In this document: positions 23,981 to 34,981 of the stretch, in pieces
Numbering within the stretch: the first letter of the stretch is position 1
How the letters are laid out: each line of letters begins with the position of its first letter
Assembly: GCA_964016885.1 (NCBI GenBank)
Contig: OZ024744.1
Span: forward strand, 79,484,001 to 79,548,000
From: Eledone cirrhosa
Lineage: Eukaryota
DNA: 64,000 nt
Direction: 5' to 3'
Notes under the pieces: generated by a model
The model's input: the letters and a program-made list of their open reading frames with translations, nothing else
The model's database searches: none
Told to the model about the DNA's origin: nothing
Program-made: the position numbers and the translations under genes

Positions 23981-25029
23981 TTTTACAATTGCGTTTCCAT
24001 GTTTACTCGGGTTGGTTGGGTCTTCTCCTCCACAGTATTTTAAAGATTAGCTTTCACCACTTCTGCCTAAGTCCTTTCTTGTTTTGTTTTGTTCTCTGCT
24101 GTGTGTTGTGGCTTTCTTCAATTTGGAACTTCTGGCATTTCTTCACTAGACTGTCATGTGTCTGTAAACAATGGAATCTAATCCTTTACACATACATTAA
24201 ATTCCTCTCATACCTAGTTTTTCTCTCAAGCTCATCTATTTGATCTCATCAATCATGTATACTACTAACATTACACATCAAGCAGATTGTTTGGCTCATT
24301 TATTCTAGCCTTCCCAGCTAATTAAGCAATGCCAATGTCTAGTTACTATGCGACATCACACTGTACACACACACGCATTATATATTCCTGTATTACATGT
24401 GTGTGTATAAATAAATACGTATGTGCATACATAAACATACTCACACACACACACAAACTATATTTGAATAAAAGATAGGATTGTCACAACTGGAACATCT
24501 TTGGCTATAGGTTAGCTGAATCAGGACTGATCTAGGACTAAACTACAACTATTACTATTAATACTAACTACTGTACTATACATTAGATAATGAAGTCTGG
24601 GATATACTATGTCTGAAAATAAGATGGTATGGTCACATCTGGAACATCTTTGATCATATGTCTGTAGGATCAAGACTAAATACACTCACATACATGCACA
24701 AATTATATTTTAATAAAAGATGGTATGGTCACATCTGTAACATCTTTGATCATATGACTGTAGGATCAAGACTAAACTGTGACTAAACAACAACTACTAT
24801 AACCACCTGGATCATCTGTAAGTTTGATAGACAGTGATTTCAAGGTTATAATTTTGAAATCATATCTGTTATTCAAACCCCCTGAAATCTCTTCCTGGTT
24901 CTATGATACAAAACTGTTAGTTTTAGAAGGGCAGAGACGCCTTATCATTTAACTTTTGTTAAGTTATGCTCTGAAGAATGAGAAAGTTATTTTACTAAAG
25001 TCCTCCAAATTCTTGATAATTTGAAAACC

Positions 25030-25360
25030 ATAGGCAGTGTCTTTCATTAGAAATATGGTAATGAAAGGGTTAAAGACATAGGCAGTGCCTTTCTTTAGTA
25101 ATATAGTAATGAAAGGCTTAATGTCATAGGCAGTGTCTTTTATTAGAAATATGGTAATGAAAGAGTTAATGACGTAAGCAATGTCTTTCATTAGAAATAT
25201 TGTAATGAAAGGGTTAAAGACAGAAGCAGTGTCTTTCATTAGGAATATTGTAATGAAACGGTTAAAGACATAGGCAGTGTCTTTTATTAGAATTATGGTA
25301 ATGAAAGGGTTAATGACATAGGCAGTGTCTTTTATTAGAATTATGGTAATGAAAGGGTTA
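25030..25360. repeat. 48 bp minisatellite, 7 copies
   Basis: Unit ATAGGCAGTGTCTTTCATTAGAAATATGGTAATGAAAGGGTTAAAGAC. Confidence 0.95.
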
Positions 25361-25402
25361 ATCATCAATATATTCTCCATTGCTTTCTCTAACTTTATTT
25401 CA

Positions 25403-26185
25403 TACTAGCAGTAAAGCCCGGCGTTGCTCGGGGTCGCTCAGTAGCTGTGTTAAAGTTACAATGTTAAGTTTCTTTTTTGGCTTAAAAACTGTAGTGTCTA
25501 CTGTGCAGACTTGCATGTGGTGTTTTTGATTAATATTCCCTCAACCAACAATATGCCTTATGAAGTTAAGAAAACATAACGATAACCCGAATGTTATAAC
25601 AAAAGATGATGCTGGGGATAAAAACTGCACTGGTTATTTATTAACAAAGATCGAAAATGTAAACACTGCAACGCAGAGAAAAACATTAGCGTAACCAAAT
25701 TATCAGTTATGTCCGTCTGCACGCCTATATCACCTCTCTGCACGACTGTCTGTCTGCACGCCTGAAATATTTGCTTGTTTTACGTAGTCTTTAAATAGAC
25801 TTGTTTTCAAGTAAAAATATTGTTTTAAAATGCTTTTAAATGGAAATGAAGCAAAACGGAAGCTTAGTGTTCGAACTGATCTGTTCGTGTATTGTGTTAA
25901 TGTCATTTTAAACGCTGAGAAAGCCAGCGTAATTTTTTACGTAAGACGCTCAATGTAAACAGAACAAAGGGAAATAACTGATAACTTACGCTCAAAAATC
26001 GATACATTATATTCGATTTCGTCACATAGGGTGGGTCAATTTGAAATTTTTTTTTTCCGATGTCTTCGCTAGGGCTCAATGTACAAGTATAGCAATTTCG
26101 GTGCAATTCCGTGAGAGATTCTAAGAGGAGATGTGTGCCAAAAATCGATAGACAGACAGACAACCACAGTTTTATATATATAGAT
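25403..26185 (+). mobile_element. Non-autonomous Helentron/HINE-like element
   Basis: 5' TACTAGCAG plus CCCG..CGGG hairpin; 3' (GACA)n..TTTTATATATATAGAT; relatives at 60951-61620 and about 61900-62022. Confidence 0.55.
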
Positions 26186-27129
26186 GTCAATAGGCTTGCA
26201 GATGTCACATTTTGATGTTGAACAACCAGATTTTGATGTGAACTATGACACTATTTTCAGCCTTGTATCTTTGTGTTAATCTAAGTCCATTAAAGGGATT
26301 TTGTGAACTTACAAATGATAATCAGAAGGAGCAAGGTCAGGAGAATTTGTTGAGTGAAACAATTTTTTTTTTGTCCACGATGGGTAATATCATGGAGAAT
26401 AACCCCTTTTCTCTTGGTTAAGGATGGGCAATTTTTGTCCGAAGCTGTTTTCCAAACAATTAATTGACAGTAAATCTCAGGTGTGACTGATTATTCCTTG
26501 CATACCCCACCACAAACTTAACAGGGTATTCCTGGTATGTATGGCCCCCTTATGACTGTTGAACATGTTTGTCACCACAACTAAGCTATTGGCAACACTA
26601 CTTCATAATAGGTGCTCAACATGGCCGCTACTGCCACTCAGGGGACGTTCAGAAGGTCCAGCAGGGGCGCTAGGCCCTAAGGGGTCGGTAGAGATGATAT
26701 AATAGTAAATTAAATATCAAATGATACATATTATATATAAATATAGTAAAATAAAAAAATATATATAACATTTAATTATACATAGTATATGTTATATCAT
26801 TTATTATATATAAATTAACAATTTTATTTATTATATATTATTTACAATTTGTGTGTCGGCAGATCTCTCTGGAAATAGGGGGGGGGGGGCTGAGGGTATT
26901 ACGTGGTCGTGAGGGGGTGGGGCCCCCAAAATTTGAGAACTTCTGACCTACGGCATCTGCATTAAGATCCGTATTATTATCACTACCAATAGCAGCAGCA
27001 GCAGCAACAGCAGCAGTCTTTAACAGTATTATATCATCATCACCAACATCAACACCATTAACACTGTATTTAAGTACATCACTGTCATCATGGTCATCTT
27101 CAACACATACACATACATATATATATGTA

Positions 27130-27754
27130 TATATACATTCACACACACACACCAACACACCAACACCAACACACCAACACCAACACACACACACCAACAC
27201 ACACACACCAATACACACACACCAACACACACACACACACACACACACAATGTATATCTACACTTATACAGACACGTCTACAAACACCTTCACCTGTATT
27301 ACATGCATGTTATATTGACAGTGTAGGTCAGTTTAAACTGCCATTCACGCATACAGTCACCTATATACACTCACACCTATTCATCCACACACACATACAT
27401 GCTCACATCCACACGCACACCCTTACATCCACCTACGCTAACACACACACCCTTACATCTGTACTCCCTTTACACATCCGCACACATACACACAAATATC
27501 TACCTACAGACAGCCACACTCCTACACGCAGAAATACATTCGCACCCCACACACATTCCTACCTACCTACACAGCCACACACCTACACACTCACACCCAA
27601 ATACATTTGCATATCACCTCACCCACATACCTACCTACACACACTCACACTCACACACATACAAATATCTACCTACAGACAGTCCTACTCCAACAAGCAG
27701 AAATACATTTGCACCTCACACACATACCTACCTACACACACATACACACTCACA

Positions 27755-27788
<34 letters not shown>

Positions 27789-27850
27789 TTTATCTACCTA
27801 CAGACAGTCCCACTCCTACAGACAGATACATACATAATATACAACCTTTA
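27130..27850. repeat. CA-rich compound repeat
   Basis: (CA)n with recurring ACAAATATCTACCTACAGACAG. Confidence 0.9.
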
Positions 27851-28713
27851 CATACGCTGCCAGCAATCAATCATCTCTTAACAAAAATTTTTATAATGCT
27901 GTTTTTTGTTAATCAGTTTTCTGGCTTGCAGTGTTGTTGCTGTTTATTTAAATCCAGTCAATCAGTCAATTTAAAAGGTTAAATGCAGCTTCCCATATAT
28001 AGTCATTAGGTAAACACTGGGTTGGATAAGAGATAAAGGATAAGGAATTGACTGTACTTAAAAACGAATATGGCGGTGGATGAGAGTACTTGTTGTGAGC
28101 TGGATATTTTTTACTTTAAAATCCTTTACATTCTGAGATCAAATCCTACCAACAACTGTTTTGCTTTCTGAGGTTTAGGAATATTAGATGCTGGGGCAGA
28201 TGTATTTCTTGTATGCTCTTCTCTTGGAATATATGATGTTAACACTTTAGCATTTAAACCAGCCATATCTGGCCAGAATTCTCTCACCTCTTTCTATTCA
28301 AACTGGCTGTAACTGGCCAGTAATATCGACGTTAAGATATTGTTCTTCAAATAAATAATATCAAAATCTCATAGATTCAATATTATGTGAGATAATTATG
28401 TAAGATAAACCTTTACCACAAAATTCCGATAGTATATATAATGTAAATGCTAAAGGGTTAAACTCCTTTACATTCTGAGATCAAATCCTACCAACAACTG
28501 TTTAGTTTTCTACGGTTTATTAGATGCTGGGGCAGATGTATTTCCTGTATGCTCTCCTCACAGAATATATGATGTTAAGCCAATGTTAGAAATAATTGTC
28601 ATAAACTTAAACACTTATTCCAAACCATCTGAAACTAGCCCTGGTTCTCATCATTCATCATCATCGTTTTAACGTCTGCTTTCCCTATTATCTAGGGTTG
28701 GATGCGTCTACAT

Positions 28714-28898
28714 CAGTGGTTCCCAAAGTGGGTTCTGCGGAATGTAAGGGCTCCACAAAGGAGTGTTTGGGATTCTGTGAAAAAAGGTAGAGAAGTATAT
28801 TTATATTAAGATCATATAACAGTATTAGACTTTGGGGTTCCCCCAAAAGTTTCTGAACCAAAAAGGGTTCTGTGTTTGAAAAAGTTTGGGAAACCCTG
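28714..28898. mobile_element. hAT-like MITE, 185 bp
   Basis: TIRs CAGTGGTTCCCAAA / TTTGGGAAACCCTG; 8 bp TSD GTCTACAT/ATCTACAT; inverted relative at 29375-29541. Confidence 0.8.
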
Positions 28899-29701
28899 AT
28901 CTACATAGACCAAGTCAGTACTGAGGTGAAGGCTACTGATCTCCCAGACAAACCAGGGATCTGTCGTCTAACTTATGAATGGTCACATGTTTACAAAGTG
29001 CACATTTATTTTTAAATATTTATATTTATCTAAAAACTTTCCATTATAATTTTATGTAAGTATTTTTGTTAAGTTATTTTCCAAATGCCATCTTAATGAG
29101 AAATTTATATTACTAAATCTCTCCACTTATCAAAAATCTCTTGAAAATCCTTAGAAATATGGTAACAAAAAGGTTAACCCTTTTGTTTTTAAACTGCATG
29201 AAACTGTCCATGGTTCTACGATATAAAACTGTTTATCTTAAAGTGTTTATATCTATCTAAAAACCTTCCATCATAGTTTTATTAATAATAAAGAGAAAGT
29301 TTGTTATATTTCCAAATGCCTTCAAATGTAAGCAGTGTCTTTCAGTAGAAATATTGTTACAAGATACCATAGATCAGGGTTTCCCAAACTTTTTCAAATG
29401 CAGAACACTCTTTGTTTCAGAAACTTTTGGGGGAACCCCAAAGTCTAATACTTGTTATATGGTCGTAATATAAATATACTCCTCTACTTTTTTTCACGGA
29501 ACCCTAGACATTTCTTTTTCAGGATCCACTTTGGTAACCACAAATCACATGAAATCACATAACCAAGACTTTCTTGAAAAGTACAAAGCAACACTATGAT
29601 TGCATCACATTAAATATTAAAGTTGTTACTCTTCTAAAACTTCAAATTTTCTGTTCACTAGTAAAGATGCTATAAACATTTTAATAAACCATTTTTACAT
29701 A

Positions 29702-30032
29702 GTAAGGTGTGGACCCATAACTCCTGAGGGAGTCATAGAGGTGCCATATTGACATCCAGCATTTCTAGGACATTTTTTTAAAAACCTTGTGGAGCCAATA
29801 TCTTCTGTAGGCCTGAATGTGGTAGATTTCTTCCAGAAAAGGATAGAGAAAGGAAGTGAGAAAGAGATATAGAGGAAGAATCGACCCCAGTACTTGACTG
29901 GTACTTTTTTTATCGACCATGAATAGATGAAAGGCAAAGTTGACCTTGACAGGATTTCAACTCCAGAGAGCTGAAATAAATATCACAAAGCATTCTATCC
30001 AATGTTCTAACAACTCTGCAAATTCGCTGCCT
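29702..30032 (-). mobile_element. Meta-domain SINE variant with alternative long 3' tail
   Basis: 14 bp TSD ACCATTTTTACATA (29688-29701, 30033-30046); second copy at about 59775-60092. Confidence 0.75.
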
Positions 30033-30350
30033 ACCATTTTTACATATTTTCTGCTAAATCATTTACAGGATATTAAGTGTTAAACACCTAATAATATATC
30101 TATTTATTGGTGCCACGTTACTCACTCATGGCTAGTGTTACCAGGATTTGCATATGTGGATCACTATTAAAATACTTTTGATCTTCTGATAGTCAATGCT
30201 AAGACCTTTCTTTTTCATTCTGCAATCTTATTAACCAGTAAAATTGATCCTTACGGTTATAGAAACTTTGCAACATCTCTTCTATTCTTCAGGGAAATAA
30301 GATGTTTTTTTCCAGATATTTTTCATTCTTTACCATATTATGGCAAACAA

Positions 30351-30572
30351 GGGCGGTGGATTGGCTGAATTGGTAGAGCATTGGAGACCATGCTTCATGG
30401 CTTAGCTACGTCCCTTTACGTTCTGAGTTCAGATCCCGCCGAGGTTAGCTCTGCCTTTCATCCATACGGAGGTCGATAAAATAAAGTACCAGTAATGCAC
30501 TGGGGTTGATTTTAATCAACTGCTCCCTCCCCCAAAATTGCTGGCCTTGTGCCTAAAGTAGAAACAATTATT
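30351..30572 (+). mobile_element. Meta-domain SINE, long form
   Basis: Consensus plus GGGGTTGATTTTAATCAACTG..CCCCAAAATT insert. Confidence 0.85.
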
Positions 30573-30677
30573 ATGGCAGTAAAAACTGTGTAAGAGTAGG
30601 AAGGTGGCAGCGGGTCATGGGCCTGTAGGTTTTACGGTTTGGCTTATTTTTTGGTTTATTTTTAGTCTTGAAGATTA

Positions 30678-30886
30678 CTCGAATATACTTGAATATAAGC
30701 CGATGAATATATGACCCCCCCCCCCCCCCAAAAAAAAAGAATCGGCGGTAAATTGCAGTGTGGGTGTTGGCTTATATACACCATCTGGCTTATAAATAGA
30801 GGTTTGGATTTTTTGTCTGTTTCTCAGACATAATATACAGGGTGGGAGTGGGTTGTTGGTCAGCTTATATTTGAGTATATACGGTA
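30678..30886. mobile_element. Tc1/mariner-superfamily MITE remnant
   Basis: Imperfect TIRs ATATACTTGAATATAAGCCGA / TCAGCTTATATTTGAGTATATACGG|TA. Confidence 0.55.
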
Positions 30887-31033
30887 ATTAGTGAAGCATT
30901 CAAGTGCGTTTTTTTTTAGATCCTTCAATATCTTATATTTCTCTGCCAGCATCTTATGTGACTCAGTTAAATATTCTAACCAGAAGTTTGTTTGGAATCT
31001 TATGTTCTGGTGTCTTTCCAATTATTATTATTA

Positions 31034-31624
31034 GGTTGGCAGTATCGGTAGCAGGTCGGACGCTATGCTTTGCAACACAGAGTTACGTCCCTTTATGCTC
31101 AGAGTTCAAATCCCGCCGCCGAGGTTAGGTGAATTGGCAGTATCGGTAGAGGGTCGGACACCATGCTTTCCAGCATAGCTACGTCCCCTTATGGTCTGAG
31201 TTCAAATCCCGTCGAGGTTAACTTTGCTTTTCATCCTTACGGGGTCGATAAAATAAAGTACCAGTAATACACTGGGTAATTGCTGGCCTTGTGCCAAAAG
31301 TAGAAACAAAACAATTATTATTATTATTATTATTAGGCTGGTGATTAGGGCGGTGGATTGGCAGTATCGGTAGAGGGTCGGATGCCACGCTTTGCAACAT
31401 AGTTACGGCCTTTTATGGTCTGAGTTCAAATCCCGCCAAGGTTAACTTTGGCTTTCATCCTTACGGGGTCGATTTAATCGATTTTCCCTCCCCCAAAATT
31501 GACGACCGTGTGCCTATATAAGAAACCATTTGCCTTTCATCCTTCCGGGGTCGATAGAATAAAGCACCAGTAATGCATTGGGTAATTGCTGGCCTTGTGC
31601 CAACAGTAGAAACAATTATTATTA
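31034..31624 (+). mobile_element. Cluster of four Meta-domain SINE copies or fragments
   Basis: Starts at about 31034, 31126, 31348, 31529. Confidence 0.85.
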
Positions 31625-33691
31625 ATCAGGCCCATAACTCTGCTAAACACAGAGTTCAAGATTTTGACCAAGGTGCTAGCAAAGAGGTTGGCGCTTGTCG
31701 TTGGTGGTCTGGTGGGAGAGGCGCAGTCATGCGCCATTCCCGACAGATCCATCCACGACAACCTCCACCTCATACGATACATCGTGGATCGGGTAGCTAG
31801 GGAACCTGGCACGGGTGGGTCCTTGATCAATTTAGATCAGTCGAAAGCTTTCGATAGGGTCGACCATCGTTACCTAGCGGCAGTCCTGAGGGCGGCTGGC
31901 TTTGGGCCCGTCTTCAGAGGCTGGATCGCTGCCATGCACAGCGACATCTGCTCTGTGGTGAGAGTGAACGGTCACCTTTCGGAACCGTTTAACATCATGC
32001 ATTCGGTCCGCCAAGGATGTCCCCTCCCGTCCCTCTTGTACGCATTGACTCTCGAGCCATTACTGCACAAACTGGAGACGTTCAGGGGGATCCCGCGCGA
32101 ACTAGAATGCGGAAGATCCGTGTCAGCATATGCGGACGATGTCACCGTAGTGGTGTCGAACGCCAAACACATCAAGGCGATCGGCACTACACTAAGAGAA
32201 TACGAAGCGGTGACAGGAGCAATGATCAACCAGGAAAAGTCAGTGGGCCTGCAGCTCGGCACCTGGAGAGGCAGGTCCATGCCGTCCAACAGCGTCGTCA
32301 GGCGCTGGACGGACGGACCGGTTAAATTGCAAGGGGTCTGGTTCGGTCCGGACCTTCAGACGGACAAAAACTGGGACGAGGTGACGAGCAGGGTGGCTTC
32401 TCTCACCCAGAAATGGGCGGAGAGGAAGCTATCCCTGAAAGGTCGAGCGGAGGTGGCTAACGCGTACATCGCGTCTGTCATCTACTACCGCCTGACCGAC
32501 GTACCTTGTCCTAAGCCCCGCCTGACTGTACTGGAGCGTTTGCTCTTTCGCTTTTTGTGGAAGGGACGCGCTCCGATGGTCAGGCGGTCCATCTGCTGTC
32601 AACACCCCCTATGTGGAGGGCTGGGCATGCCGTGGCTGATGATGTGCAGACACGCGCTCAGGCTACGACATCTCCACCTCTTCCTCGACGGTGATCAGGT
32701 GTGGTCGCCGTTTGCTCGACGCGTCTTTCCCCACCTTGTCTCCTTGACGGAGCTGCAGTCCTGGGTCAAGCGCTTGGAGATTGGAATGTCTTCAGGCGCT
32801 CATAGCCCTCGACCAGTCGGGCAATGGAAACTCCACCTTGGCGTTCTATAGAGGATTAGTGGAGGGGAAGAGCGACGATGTACTTGGGGAAACTTTAGGC
32901 GTCGATGAAAATCAACTAGCCAATCTCTTCGAACAACTTCCAGAAATACCTGGCCTGGCAGTGCTACCGAGGAGCTTTGCCAGTTCGGGATAAACTTTAC
33001 AGGCATCGAAGTGCCGTCAGCCGGGTATGTCCGAGATGCGCGCAGGGCGACGAAACCGTCCTGCACGCACTCGTCCAGTGTCCGAGCATTGCTGACTTGT
33101 GGGTTTATGTCGAACACTTGCTGTCGCGTGTAGGACGGATCCAGCTATCAGCTGAGTCCATCGTGAAGATTGCCCAGCCCTCTTCCTTTAGCCGGGAAGG
33201 GCAGGCAGTTTTTATCTGTCTGGTGGCCATGGCGAAAGAGATAGTATGGTGGACACGTTTGAAAGGGCTGAAGACGAGCACTTACCTCTTCGGTGATGCC
33301 CTGATTAACTTTTTCAATTTCATTTGAAAAGGAAAATCGGGGTAGAGAGGGAAGTGCTCTCTTCCCAGCTTTTTGTTGAAAGATGGGTGAGAGAGGCAAG
33401 AATGGCCTGAGTGAATGGACCTACTCTGAGTATGTGTCTGTAAATTAAAGGTGGAAAACTGGGAAGGGCACTTGCCCTGGTGGTCAGGGTCACTGTGGCT
33501 TTTTAATGGGCTTTCTCCACGAATGTCCCTTGGAAGACTCCCCTGTATTGGGGAATTTTTCATTGTTATTTTTTTGTTACATCCTCTGTTTTTGTTTTTT
33601 ACATGCAGAAATGCCCATTTGTACCGTCCTGTATTGTCCTGTACTGTCCTTAATGTCTACTTTATGTAAACCCTTGTGGTTAATAAGAAAG
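31625..33691 (+). mobile_element. Tx1/L1-clade LINE, 5'-truncated (RT to 3' UTR)
   Basis: RPITLLN, LDQSKAFDRVDH, VRQGCPL, YADD, LSLKGR, CPRC..ETVLHAL.QC; ORF2 stop at about 33443; frameshifts. Confidence 0.95.
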
Positions 33692-33725
33692 TATTATTAA
33701 GGTCACAATTATTATTATTATTATT

Positions 33726-34981
33726 GAATGCCATGGTTGACGGAGGTTCGGCTCTGTAAGGTATAGTAATTTTTAACTGTTATAACAATTGTAAATTGTT
33801 TAAAACTTGAACCAAATTGTAGATAAAGACACCCGCCTCCTCGTGAGAGGGGTCTTTCTGCTCGTTATTTGGCCCTTTGGGGGTTAAATAAGCAGTTATT
33901 GGGGATTTGTGCCCAATATTCATTTTAAACCGTAAAAAAACATGGCTACAAAAAAGAATTTTCACAAGTCACTCCCACTCTTTCCGTCTTCTTCTTCCCC
34001 AATCGTCATTACGTCAGAAAAGATGTCTCTCTCCCTCCCTTCTGTAAATGTAGTGTCGCTTCTGTCGCAAGCGACACCATTAAAGAAAAAGAAAAATGTA
34101 GTTTCTCGTAGCGTTCTTCATCAAGAGAACACGCGTACCGTGGAACATTTCTCCATGACGACGACAACGAAAGATGTGTGCGGTAAATACGGCATGCCAT
34201 GGCTGATGATGCACAAACATGCGCTGAGGCTGCAATATCTCTGGTGCTTCCTTGACGGTGAACAGGTGTGGTCACCGTTTGCCAGGCACATTTTCCCACA
34301 GCTTGTCACTTTGACGGAACTGCAGTCCTGGGTCAGGAAAAGACCGAGGGATAGCGCTTGGAAACTAGAATGTCTCCAGGCGCTCACTACCCTCTGCCAG
34401 CTGGGCACCAGTATCGGTGGAACATCCACCTCGGCGTTCTATAGAGGACTAGTGGAGGGGAAGAGCGACAACGTTCTCGGAGAGATCCTGGGCGTCAAAG
34501 AAAATCAGCTGTTTGCTCTCTTCCGGAGAACTTTGAGCCCAGGGCCTATGGATAACGTCCAGAAATCCCTGGCCTGGCAGTGATACCGGGGAGCTTTGCT
34601 GGTTCGAGATAAGCTCTACAGGCACGGAAGTGCCGTCAGCCGAGCCTATCCGAGATGCATGCAGAATGACGAAACCGTCGTGCACGCACTCGTTCAGTGT
34701 CCGAGCATTGCTGACTTGTGGAGCTATGTTGAACAGTTGCTGTCACGTGTAGGACCGATCCGGTTATCGACTTCCTTCGAGGAGGAAGGGCAGGCGGTTT
34801 TCATCTGCCTGGTGGCCATGGCGAAAGAGATTGTGTGGTGGACAAGGTTGAAAGGGTTAAAGACAGACACTTTCCTCTTCGGCGAATCCCTAATTAACTT
34901 TTTCAAGTTTCACTTGAAGAGGAAAATCAGGGTGGAGAGGCAAGTGCTGTCTTCTTGCAGGTTTGTTGAAAGGTGGGTGAG
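33726..34981 (+). mobile_element. Tx1/L1-clade LINE, large internal deletion, 3' end lost
   Basis: 5' UTR resembling 49030-49243, ORF1-like start at 33942 fused in frame at about 34190 to ORF2 C-terminal GMPWLMM.. Confidence 0.85.

Noticed and set aside
24964-25380. 138 aa repeat protein
   Set aside because: 48 bp minisatellite keeps frame by arithmetic; derived from a MITE end
27125-27982. 285 aa His/Thr-rich ORF
   Set aside because: CA-repeat read-through
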